From an uncultured Ruminococcus sp. (GTDB lineage Bacteria > Bacillota > Clostridia > Oscillospirales > CAG-272): DNA of 64,000 bases. The first letter of the stretch is position 1, and each line of letters starts with the position of its first letter. This document shows positions 49,912 through 58,760 of this stretch, piece after piece. The translations under genes and the position numbers were made by a program. Under the pieces are notes generated by a model. It ran no database searches. It was not told the DNA's origin and worked only from the letters and a program-made list of their open reading frames with translations. The stretch spans positions 1,858 to 65,857 of the forward strand of contig CAZOFD010000005.1 of assembly GCA_964579135.1 (NCBI GenBank). Reading direction: 5' to 3'.

Positions 49912-50622
49912 TCAGTCGCGTTTGCGCCCGCCCGCTATGAGCAAAAGACGCAATATCTGCAGGAGCGATACCGCAAGTGCGGCAACGTACGTCAAGGCGG
50001 CGGCGGAAAGCACTTTTTTCGCACCATCAAGCTCCTCTTCGGTAAACCTTCCGTCGGCTTTCAGCGCGGCAAGCGCACGGCGTGATGCGTTGAACTCCAC
50101 GGGAAGCGTGATAAGCTGAAAACAAGCGGCGGTTGCGAAAGCCAATATGCCGCAGTACATAAGCGCGGAACCGAAAACTCCGGACTCGGCAAACCCCGAG
50201 ATCAAAAGTCCGACCAAAAACAGGGGCATTGCGAGATTAGAGGCGAAATTGCAAACCGGGATAGCGGCGGCACGAAGCTTTATCGGGGCATAGCCCTCGG
50301 CATATTGAAGCGCGTGCCCCGCTTCGTGTGCGGCAACGCCGACGGCGGCTGCAGACCTACCCTCCGCTACCGACGGAGAGAGAAATACGGTGCGGTTGCG
50401 CGGGTCGTAGTGATCCGTTAACTCGCCGTTTACGTGCCCGAACGCAACGTTTTGCACTCCGCCGGCTTCGAGCACCGCTTGGGCGGCTTCACGCCCGCTG
50501 ACGGCGCGGGACGTGGATATAGCGGAATATTTTGAAAAAACGGTTTTTACTTTGATCTGCGCCCAAAGCGAGATCAAAAATCCGATGATAACGAGTATAT
50601 ACGTTGCGTCGTACCAAAACAT
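49912..50622 (-). CDS. YugP-type membrane zinc metallopeptidase
   Basis: HEAGHALQ motif. N- and C-terminal TM helices. Confidence 0.82.
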   Translation of the reverse strand: MFWYDATYILVIIGFLISLWAQIKVKTVFSKYSAISTSRAVSGREAAQAVLEAGGVQNVAFGHVNGELTDHYDPRNRTVFLSPSVAEGRSAAAVGVAAHEAGHALQYAEGYAPIKLRAAAIPVCNFASNLAMPLFLVGLLISGFAESGVFGSALMYCGILAFATAACFQLITLPVEFNASRRALAALKADGRFTEEELDGAKKVLSAAALTYVAALAVSLLQILRLLLIAGGRKRD

Positions 50623-50738
50623 ATCGTATTTTCCTTTACTTTTTCAGATAGCTTTTTGCGTCGTCGGGGCATCGCGGCGTGCCTTGCGACGCACCGCCGT
50701 CGGGTGCGGGGCTCGCCGTGCGGCGTTTTCGCGTTCCG

Positions 50739-51692
50739 TCAGGAAAGAACGTCTCCGACGGCTACCCGCCTGCCGCGAACAAAGTCCGCGGCGCTCATTC
50801 TGCCTTTGCCCTCGGGCAAAAGTGCGGTAAAAGCGATTCGGTCTTTTCCGTCGCCGCAAGCGACCGTAACGGCACCGCCGTCGAGAGCTACGATCTTTCC
50901 CGGTTGCGCGGCGTTGCCCGGCTTTTCGGGGCGAGAGGAGATGATCTTCAGCAGTTTGCCGTCGGGCGTGTGCGTAGTTGCGAGCGGGGCGGGCGATAAG
51001 GCGCGAATAAGGTTGTGTATATTCTTTGCCGAAAGAGAGAAATCTATAATGCGATCCTCTTTTTCGATCTTTTTCGCATAACTCGGCACACCCGGCAGCT
51101 CCGATTGCGGCACGGTTTGCGGCGGCTCGTCGCCAAATGCCTCGAGCGTGCGAACGAGCAGGTCGGCGCCCGCGGCAGCCATTTTGTCGTGCACGATCCC
51201 GAAATCGTCGTCCTCGCCGATAGGCACGCGGCAAGTCATATAAACGTCTCCGGTGTCGAGCCCTTCGTCCATTCGCATAGTTGAGATCCCGGTCACCCGT
51301 TTCCCGTCGATAACGGCGCGTTGCATCGGTGCGGCGCCGCGATACTCGGGCAGGATCGAGCCGTGAACGTTGAGGCAGCCGAATTTCGGCGCGTTCAGGA
51401 TGTTTTTCGGCAATATCTTGCCGTATGCAACCACCACGGCGATATCCGGCTCAAGAGAGGCGACGAGTTGCGCAAACGCTTCGTCGCGCAGAGTGCGGGG
51501 CTGGTAAACGGTGTATCCGTGAGCCTCGGCAACGGTTTTAACGGGCGTCGGCGTCAGTTTGTAGCCGCGCCCTTGCGGTTTATCCTCGCCCGTTACGACG
51601 CCGACGATCGTGTGCTCGGTGCGACTTAACGCCTCGAGCGATGCGGCGGCAAAATCGGGAGTTCCCATAAACAGTATCTTCATTTTGCTCAT
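50739..51692 (-). CDS. fmt: methionyl-tRNA formyltransferase
   Basis: NVHGSILPEYRGAAPMQRA. Downstream of def. Confidence 0.95.
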   Translation of the reverse strand: MSKMKILFMGTPDFAAASLEALSRTEHTIVGVVTGEDKPQGRGYKLTPTPVKTVAEAHGYTVYQPRTLRDEAFAQLVASLEPDIAVVVAYGKILPKNILNAPKFGCLNVHGSILPEYRGAAPMQRAVIDGKRVTGISTMRMDEGLDTGDVYMTCRVPIGEDDDFGIVHDKMAAAGADLLVRTLEAFGDEPPQTVPQSELPGVPSYAKKIEKEDRIIDFSLSAKNIHNLIRALSPAPLATTHTPDGKLLKIISSRPEKPGNAAQPGKIVALDGGAVTVACGDGKDRIAFTALLPEGKGRMSAADFVRGRRVAVGDVLS

Positions 51693-51743
51693 GTCCTTTG
51701 ATCTTGATGGTTCTTTTGTGCGGCGACACCGCTGCGGCGGCTG

Positions 51744-52265
51744 TCACCTTTTTCTGAATTTGCGCAATCTTTTTTCTTTTTCGTATTTATCGTCGTCGCG
51801 ATCGGGTGCGGCGCTTTCGTACATATAAAGCGCACGGTCGGTGTACAGCACGCCGTCGAGGTGGTCGGTCTCGTGACATATGGCGCGAGCGAGGAGACCC
51901 GTGCCGCTTACGGTTATCGTGTTCCCGTTTCTGTCAAGTGCGCGGACCGTTGCGTTCATAGGTCTGCGAACGCAACCGGATCTGCCCGGCAGCGAGAGGC
52001 ACCCCTCGGGACCCTCTTGTTCTCCGGATGTTTCGACGATCTCGGGGTTTATCAGTTCGTATACCTGCCCCGGCTCGACCTCTATAACGACTATCCTGCG
52101 CAGTATGCCCACTTGCGGCGCGGCAAGACCGACGCCGTCGGCAGCGCGCATTGTTTGTACCATATCGTCGAGCAACGTAAGAACGCGGGGCGTTATCTTT
52201 TCAACGGGGCGACATTGCGAGCGGAGAACGGGGTCGCCCTCGGTTACTATATTTCTTTTTGCCAT
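51744..52265 (-). CDS. def: peptide deformylase
   Basis: GVGLAAPQ, EGCLS and HETDH. Confidence 0.95.
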   Translation of the reverse strand: MAKRNIVTEGDPVLRSQCRPVEKITPRVLTLLDDMVQTMRAADGVGLAAPQVGILRRIVVIEVEPGQVYELINPEIVETSGEQEGPEGCLSLPGRSGCVRRPMNATVRALDRNGNTITVSGTGLLARAICHETDHLDGVLYTDRALYMYESAAPDRDDDKYEKEKRLRKFRKR

Positions 52266-52466
52266 AGGTTATTCCTTCTTCGGTAAAGAGTTAATAGATC
52301 TTGCCTTGCGGCGTATGCGCATATCGCCGAGATAAAAGTTCCGAGGCGTTTTTGCGCGGGAGCCGCCGCTCGGTACGCCTTTGGCGCACGGAGTCGGCGG
52401 TTTCGGCGAGGATGAAGACGCGGTTTTCGCACACTTGCCGCGGCGCGAGGGGGAAACGCGGCAAGG

Positions 52467-54980
52467 TCAAATATTCGTCGGGTTAAAGTCGATGCTTATT
52501 GCGGGAGAGTTGCTTTCTCTGTATTTTTGCCTTACGTCGAAAAAGAATCGCCTTGCCGCGGACGTGAGTCGGCATTTTACCGTCATCCTCATACGGTATT
52601 TGCCGTCCACGCGGTATACGGGAGCCTCGAAAGGCCCGAAAAATATCATCGGCAGGTCGCGATATTCGTCGCTACTTTTCAGCGAATGCATAACGGCGGA
52701 AAGCGACTGAGCCGCCGAGACGAGTTCCGTTTCGTTTGCGGACGTTACGCCGACAACGGCTACGTCGCAAAAAGGAGGAAAAGTCAGTGCACGCCGAAGC
52801 TTTATCTCCCGCGCGAAAAACTCTTCGTAATCCTGCGCTCCGGCAAGGGCGATTATCTCGTTGTCGGGGTTGACGGTCTGTATGACCGCCTCGCTTTCGC
52901 CGCCGCGCCTTCCCGCGCGACCTATGACCTGCGTCAGCATTGCGAAAGTGCGTTCCGAAGCGCGATAATCGTCGTAATAAAGCGACGCGTCGGCAAGGAG
53001 CACGCCGACGAGCGTAACGCCGGGGAAATCGTGACCTTTCGTCACCATTTGAGTTCCGAGCAATACGTCCGCTTCCCGATCTCGAAATCTACCGAGCAGG
53101 TCGGCATACGCCTCGCGGTCGGAAACGGAATCGGCGTCCATACGCAGTATGCGCGCGCCGGGCAACAGCGCGGCGAGCTCTTCTTCCACCCTTTGAGTTC
53201 CGTACCCGAGCTTTATAAGATGCTCGGAGCGACACGACGGGCAAGCGGTCGGCACGGGCAAGCGTTTGCCGCACCAATGGCAGACCATCTCGCCACCGCG
53301 CCGCCCCGTGTGATACGTCAGCGAAACGCTGCAAGACGGGCAACGCACCGCTTCGCCGCAAGAGAGGCACGAGACGTAGTTGTTGTAGCCTCGGCGGTTG
53401 AGAAAAAGTACGGCTTGTTCGCCGCGGGCGAGCGTGGCGCGTAATTTTTCGGCAAGGACTTTCCCTATGGGCGAAACGTTTCCGCCGCGCGCTTCGCCGC
53501 GCATATCCGCAACGGTCACGCGCGGCAGCACGGCTCCGCCGTACCGTTCTTTGAGTCTTAAAAGAGAGTATACGCCGTCCTCGGCTTTTTTGCGGCTTTC
53601 GAGCGACGGCGTCGCGGAGGCGAGCAGCAGCAGAGCGCCGTTTTTGGCGCACCTGAAGCGTGCTACGTCCCGAGCGTGATACCGAGGTGCGGAGTCAGAC
53701 TTATAGGTGTGTTCCTGCTCTTCGTCGATGACGATAAGCCCGAGCGACGGGGCGGGGGCGAACACCGCGGAGCGCGTTCCGATAACGAGACGCGCGTTGC
53801 CCGAGCGGATGCGCAGATACGTTTCGCGCCTTGTGCGCGGGGGCATTGACGAGTGTACCATAGCGACCTCGTCGCCGTATCTGGAACAAAATATCGCGGT
53901 CGTTTGCGGCGTCAGCGCGATCTCGGGTAAGAGGAGAATAACGCTTTTTCCGCGAGATAAAACGAGATCTATGAGCGCGAGCATAACGGAGGTCTTTCCG
54001 CTGCCCGTTACTCCCTCGAGAAGCGCGGCGTGAGCTTCTCCGGTGTCAAACGTCGCGGCGAGCGAATCGTAAGCCGCTTGCTGTTCGTCGTTTAATACTA
54101 CGGCGGCGCGTTCGGCGCGAACGGTTTCGCCCGACTTTGCGCCGTTATCCGCCCTTTCGCACTTTCTTTCTTCCCGACGGATAAGCCCCTTTTTTTCGAG
54201 AGCCGATATCTGCTGCGACGAAACGCCGAGCGATCTCGCTTCGCCGAGCGTCAGGTCTTTTTCCGCGAGGGCAACAAGCAATTTTTTTTGCCCCTCCGAG
54301 CGCATAACGCCGCGCAGAGCTTTTGCGACTTCGTTCGCGTCGCTCGACGTGAGGTAAACGGCCTTTTTGACCGTGGGGTCCTTTTCTTCGAGCTTGCGCG
54401 CGAGATATCCGCCGCGCACGAGATACGATACGTCTTTTTGCGTTCCGCCACCGAATTTTCGCGCAACGGAGGCACTGCTTGCCTTGCCGCGAGCGCATAC
54501 GTAGTCGTATATCTCGCGCCTTTTGCCGTTTATCGCGTCGGCGGGCTCGCCCGTCGGCACGAAATATTCCTCAAGGCTTGTCAGCGCATACGGCGGTATC
54601 ATCGCGCGAACGGCTTCGCTTGCCGAGCAGAGGGTTTGTGAGCGTAAAAAATCAAAAACGCCGAGTTGCTCGTCCGACAGAGATAGGGTGCGCGAACACA
54701 CGGCGTGAATGGGTCTTATTTTGTCTCGGTCCGTTTCGGGTGTGCCGTGCACCGAATATACGAGGGCGATCATCCGCCGAGTGCCGAAAGGAACGCTTAC
54801 GAAGTTCCCCCTTTGCACGTTCGCCCCGCGCGGAATCGAGTAGTCGAATCGTTTATCGAGCTCCTGCGGCAGGTCGAGCGGATAAACGGAGGCGAAAAGT
54901 TCGTTTTCGCCGTCCGCGTTTTTTTCGCGCCCGTCAGTTGTCGTCATTCGCAGCGTCGGTGATGACGTCGCCGTTTTCAT
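52467..54980 (-). CDS. priA: primosomal helicase PriA
   Basis: Walker A GVTGSGKT, DEEQE and a four-CxxC zinc module (CLSCG..CPSC..CHWCG..CPSC). An alternative start at ATG 54947 is possible. Either start overlaps the end of rpoZ. Confidence 0.92.
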   Translation of the reverse strand: MKTATSSPTLRMTTTDGREKNADGENELFASVYPLDLPQELDKRFDYSIPRGANVQRGNFVSVPFGTRRMIALVYSVHGTPETDRDKIRPIHAVCSRTLSLSDEQLGVFDFLRSQTLCSASEAVRAMIPPYALTSLEEYFVPTGEPADAINGKRREIYDYVCARGKASSASVARKFGGGTQKDVSYLVRGGYLARKLEEKDPTVKKAVYLTSSDANEVAKALRGVMRSEGQKKLLVALAEKDLTLGEARSLGVSSQQISALEKKGLIRREERKCERADNGAKSGETVRAERAAVVLNDEQQAAYDSLAATFDTGEAHAALLEGVTGSGKTSVMLALIDLVLSRGKSVILLLPEIALTPQTTAIFCSRYGDEVAMVHSSMPPRTRRETYLRIRSGNARLVIGTRSAVFAPAPSLGLIVIDEEQEHTYKSDSAPRYHARDVARFRCAKNGALLLLASATPSLESRKKAEDGVYSLLRLKERYGGAVLPRVTVADMRGEARGGNVSPIGKVLAEKLRATLARGEQAVLFLNRRGYNNYVSCLSCGEAVRCPSCSVSLTYHTGRRGGEMVCHWCGKRLPVPTACPSCRSEHLIKLGYGTQRVEEELAALLPGARILRMDADSVSDREAYADLLGRFRDREADVLLGTQMVTKGHDFPGVTLVGVLLADASLYYDDYRASERTFAMLTQVIGRAGRRGGESEAVIQTVNPDNEIIALAGAQDYEEFFAREIKLRRALTFPPFCDVAVVGVTSANETELVSAAQSLSAVMHSLKSSDEYRDLPMIFFGPFEAPVYRVDGKYRMRMTVKCRLTSAARRFFFDVRQKYRESNSPAISIDFNPTNI

Positions 54981-55242
54981 CGCGATCTATGATGGTGTAT
55001 TCGCCGGCGTCTATCTTGTCTATGGCGAGCTTTATGGCTTTTTTGTCGCGGTATTCCGGGTCGACGGAGCTCTCCATTATAGGTCTGTCAACGTCTTTGT
55101 TGCCGGTAAGCTGCTTCTCGACGTTGCGGCGCTGATTGACGTAATCGTCGGTTATTATGCGCGCGCATTTTGCCGTTGCGACCGCGAGCTGATAGCGGTT
55201 GAATTTGCCTTTTGTGAGTTTGTTGATTGTCGGGTAGATCAT
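54934..55242 (-). CDS. rpoZ: RNA polymerase omega subunit
   Basis: MIYPTINKLTKGKFNRYQLAVATAKCARII... 102 aa with an acidic tail. Confidence 0.88.
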   Translation of the reverse strand: MIYPTINKLTKGKFNRYQLAVATAKCARIITDDYVNQRRNVEKQLTGNKDVDRPIMESSVDPEYRDKKAIKLAIDKIDAGEYTIIDRDENGDVITDAANDDN

Positions 55243-55315
55243 TCCTTTAATTCCTCGCTTCGTTTGCTTTATAACGTTGGTATCGTGGGTATGGGTGCGC
55301 CGCCGAGTGCGGCGT

Positions 55316-55582
55316 TTATTCGTCGGCGACGTTCTCCTCGCCGTTGAGTCTTGCCGTTATCTTTTCGCTCGGCAGAGCGGAAAAGATGACGTGCTCGGAG
55401 TCGGTGATAATGACGGAACGGGTCTTTCTTCCGCAGGAAACGTCGATCGCTCTTCCGTCTTCTTTCGCGTCTTGCATCAGCCTTTTTACCGGTGCGGAAT
55501 CCGGGCTGACCACCGCGACCACACGGTCGCAGGCGACGGCGTTGCCGTAACCGACGCTTATGAATCTTTGGTGCGTTTGCAT
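55316..55582 (-). CDS. remA: DUF370 regulator RemA/YlzA
   Basis: MQTHQRFISVGYGNAVACDRVVAVVSPDSAPVKRL... Lies directly after yicC as in Bacillus. Start at ATG 55582. Confidence 0.87.
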   Translation of the reverse strand: MQTHQRFISVGYGNAVACDRVVAVVSPDSAPVKRLMQDAKEDGRAIDVSCGRKTRSVIITDSEHVIFSALPSEKITARLNGEENVADE

Positions 55583-55620
55583 TTTTTGTCCTCGTGTTTT
55601 TCGCGACGATGCGCGGTCTT

Positions 55621-56505
55621 TCATTCTACGTTTTGTATCTGTTCGCGGATCTTTTCGGATTCCGCTTTCAGCAAGACCACGCTTTGCGCGATCTCGGCGT
55701 TTTGGCATTTGGAGCCGATGGTGTTTATCTCGCGCGACGCCTCTTGCAGCTGATATTCGAATTTTTTGCCTACGGGCGTGCTTGTTTCCGTCATAGCGTA
55801 AAGCGCGTCAAGGTGCGTCGTAAGGCGTACGATCTCCTCGTCGATCGCGATCCTGTCGACCCAGATTGCGGCTTCGGTAAGCAGCCTGCCCTCGTCGGGG
55901 GCGACTCCGCAGTCGGCAAGCAAAGAGGATATGCGCCGCCGCGCTCGGTCGAGGGCGTTGTTCGCATCGGTCTCGGAGAACGTTTTGATGCGCTCGACCT
56001 CGCCGCGCATATAGTCTATCTTTTTTCGTACGTCGCAGGTAAGGCTTGCGCCCTCGCGGGCACGCTCGGCAACGAAACCCTTGAGCGCGAGCGAAACGGC
56101 TTCGCGCACGGGAGCCCAAAGGGCGTCGACGTCGACGGCAGTCTCCGCGGGAGCGAAGACGTCGGCGTTTTTCGCGACCTGCATAACGGATATATCGTCG
56201 ATCAACGAAAATCTGTCGCGCAGTTTGCGCAAGAGAGATACGTACGCTTCGGCTTTTTCGAAATTCGGCTCGGTGCGCGCCTCCTCCGCGGTGGAGGAAA
56301 CGGTCACGCAAACGTCCACTCTGCCGCGCGCGACCGGATTTTCGGAAACAAGGGCGCGTACTTTCGGCTCGAGCGATTGCAGGGTGCGCGGCAATTTTAC
56401 CTGCAGATCCAGATATCTGCCGTTAACGGATCTTATTTCCGCCGTCACGTCGTACCCCTCGCAACGTGCGCTTGTGCACGCGTATGCGGTCATACTTTTA
56501 AACAT
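55621..56505 (-). CDS. YicC/YloC-family stress-induced protein
   Basis: 294 aa. C-terminal DUF1732-type EASREINTIGSK. Confidence 0.9.
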   Translation of the reverse strand: MFKSMTAYACTSARCEGYDVTAEIRSVNGRYLDLQVKLPRTLQSLEPKVRALVSENPVARGRVDVCVTVSSTAEEARTEPNFEKAEAYVSLLRKLRDRFSLIDDISVMQVAKNADVFAPAETAVDVDALWAPVREAVSLALKGFVAERAREGASLTCDVRKKIDYMRGEVERIKTFSETDANNALDRARRRISSLLADCGVAPDEGRLLTEAAIWVDRIAIDEEIVRLTTHLDALYAMTETSTPVGKKFEYQLQEASREINTIGSKCQNAEIAQSVVLLKAESEKIREQIQNVE

Positions 56506-56582
56506 CGCGTATCTTTTACCACACGTGTCGGACGTCGTTGGGCTTGAGATCCCGACACATTACTCCATTATTATGATATATA

Positions 56583-56611
56583 ATTATACATTTTTTTGCC
56601 TCGCTTGTCAA
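56583..56611 (-). promoter_or_regulatory. candidate sigma-A promoter of the yicC block
   Basis: Minus strand TTGACA (56611-56606), 17-nt spacer, TATAAT (56588-56583). Confidence 0.65.
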
Positions 56612-56766
56612 TAATATTTCTCGCATATGCGTGTCTCAAAGCGCGAATCGTTGCCTCTCGCGACAAAATGTCGCCCGTTTTGTCGCGATATGCGCGATTT
56701 TAGGCGAAAGATCGACTCGTTGCACCTTGCGGTATCTTGCGGTGCCGTCGCTTTTGCCGATTATAC

Positions 56767-56795
56767 TTGACAAAAAACGCCCGGTGGATTATAAT
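56767..56795 (+). promoter_or_regulatory. candidate sigma-A promoter of the polysaccharide locus
   Basis: TTGACA (56767-56772), 17-nt spacer, TATAAT (56790-56795). Leader of about 80 nt. Confidence 0.65.
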
Positions 56796-56878
56796 TAGCG
56801 CGTATATTTGTCGGCAGTCGAAAAGCCCTCGCGGGCGGCGGATTTTTGCCGTAAACGAAAACTGGGGGACGAAAAACG

Positions 56879-57574
56879 ATGCTTCCGAAACCGAACGAAC
56901 TGCCGAAGCAGCTCAAAACCGACGCCGTGGCGCCGTATTACGAAATATTGAGGTCGCGTCGCGCGTCTTTGGCGGCGAAACGGATTTTCGACGTCGTTGT
57001 TTCCGCGTTGCTTCTCGTGATTTTGTCCCCGGTGTTTTTGGTTATCGCCGTTGCCATCAAGGCGGATTCGCGCGGGAGCGTTTTTTTTCGACAAACGCGC
57101 GTGACTGCCGGAGGGCGCGAGTTTAAGATCTTTAAATTTCGCACTATGGTCAGCGACGCGGAAAAGCTCGGATTTGCGGTAACGGTATCGGGCGACGCGC
57201 GTATAACCCGCGTCGGCAAGGTTATTCGCGGCTGCAGACTTGACGAGTTGCCGCAACTTTTGAACGTTTTTGCCGGCTCGATGTCCTTTGTCGGGACTCG
57301 CCCGGAGGTGCCGAAATACGTTGCCGCGTACACGCCCGAGATGTGGGCGACTTTGCTTTTGCCTGCCGGGATAACCTCGGAGGCGAGCATAAGATACAAG
57401 GACGAAGCGGCGTTGCTTGACGGCGCGGAGGATGCGGACACGGCGTATACGGAGCGCGTGCTCCCCCAAAAAATGAGATATAACCTCGCTTCGTTGCGAA
57501 ATTTCTCGTTTTTCGGCGATATTGCGACGATGTTTCGCACACTGCTTGCCGTGCTCGGCAAAAAATACGACTGA
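56879..57574 (+). CDS. small monotopic phosphoglycosyl (sugar-phosphate) transferase, priming enzyme
   Basis: IFKFRTM and DELPQLLNVFAGSMSFVGTRPE, hallmarks of the bacterial sugar transferase family. Confidence 0.9.
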   Translation: MLPKPNELPKQLKTDAVAPYYEILRSRRASLAAKRIFDVVVSALLLVILSPVFLVIAVAIKADSRGSVFFRQTRVTAGGREFKIFKFRTMVSDAEKLGFAVTVSGDARITRVGKVIRGCRLDELPQLLNVFAGSMSFVGTRPEVPKYVAAYTPEMWATLLLPAGITSEASIRYKDEAALLDGAEDADTAYTERVLPQKMRYNLASLRNFSFFGDIATMFRTLLAVLGKKYD

Positions 57575-57686
57575 TCCGCTCGGCTGCGTTTCCCGCGGCA
57601 AGGCGCGAAGCGCGTGCGGGTAGAGCCGGTAAGACCGAAGTCGGTAAAGCCGATAAAAAAGAATGAAAAGCACGAACGGAGCGAAA

Positions 57687-58688
57687 ATGACTGTAAGTTT
57701 TGTTGTTTGCGCATATAACGAAGAAAAATATCTTCCGTCCCTTTTGTCGGATCTCGAGTCGCAGGACTATCCGCGAGAACTTACGGAGGTCATCCTCGTT
57801 AACAGCGCCTCGAGTGATTCGACTGCGGAAATAATGCGCGATTTTGCCTTGGCGCACGGCGGGGACTATATGCGCGTTTCCGTGCTCGAAAACCCCGCGA
57901 AGCGGCTTGCCTGCGGGTGCAACGTTGCACTGCGCGATTATACGGGCGACGTTTTTGTCAGAGTCGACGCGCACGCGTCGATACCGCGCGATTTTATCTC
58001 TCGCGGAATGCGGGCGATAAGCGACGGCGAATATGCCGTCGGCGGCAGGCGCCCGAGCGTTTCGGAAAGCGACGGCGCGTGGAACTCCGCTCTTTTAGCC
58101 GCGGAAAGGTCTATGTTCGGCAGCGGGATAGCTTCGTATCGCAACGGGGAAAAGAAAAAGTACGCGGATTCGGTTTTTCACGGTTTTTATCGGCGCGAGG
58201 TGTTCGACAGAGTCGGATATTACGACGAGCGCCTCGGAAGGACCGAGGATAACGATATGAGCTGCCGCATAAGGCGTGCGGGGTACGGCATACTTTACGA
58301 CCCGCAGATCGTTTCGTACCAGCTCGTGCGCCCCACGGCGCGAAAGATGATGCGCCAAAAGTATCTTAACGGATATTGGATAGGCAAGACGCTCAGCATT
58401 TCGCCGGATTGCGTTTCGCTGTTTCATCTCGTGCCGTTTGTCTTTTTGCTTGCCGTTCTCGGTTGCGGTGCGCTGTCCTTGGCGGGAGTCGGCGTTTTTT
58501 CGGCGCTTCTGTGGGGGGCGTATGCCGTTTTCGTCGTCGCGGCGTCGCTTGTCGAATTTTTGAAAGAGAAAAAAGCGTCGATGCTCGTTTTGCCGCTTAT
58601 GTTCCTTTGCCTGCATATCGCGTACGGCGCGGGGACTCTTGTCGGTCTTGCCGTCGGCGCGGGCGAAAAAGAGGGAGACAACCGATAA
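57687..58688 (+). CDS. family 2 glycosyltransferase with C-terminal TM segments
   Basis: VVCAYNEEKYLPSLL and VRVDAH. ATG 57687 behind GGAG is preferred to ATG 57663. Confidence 0.85.
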   Translation: MTVSFVVCAYNEEKYLPSLLSDLESQDYPRELTEVILVNSASSDSTAEIMRDFALAHGGDYMRVSVLENPAKRLACGCNVALRDYTGDVFVRVDAHASIPRDFISRGMRAISDGEYAVGGRRPSVSESDGAWNSALLAAERSMFGSGIASYRNGEKKKYADSVFHGFYRREVFDRVGYYDERLGRTEDNDMSCRIRRAGYGILYDPQIVSYQLVRPTARKMMRQKYLNGYWIGKTLSISPDCVSLFHLVPFVFLLAVLGCGALSLAGVGVFSALLWGAYAVFVVAASLVEFLKEKKASMLVLPLMFLCLHIAYGAGTLVGLAVGAGEKEGDNR

Positions 58689-58760
58689 AGTTTCGCTCGC
58701 GGGGAGGTGCTGCGCACTTACGCCGCCGAGCGATATCAAACGTTTTGGGATGGATGCGAT

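Noticed and set aside
56506-56878. Alternative replication origin at the minus/plus gene-orientation switch.
   Set aside because: Orientation alone fits. However, the spacer has no AT-rich unwinding tract and only one weak box-like string (TTTACCACA, 56515-56523). It is fully explained by two divergent promoters.
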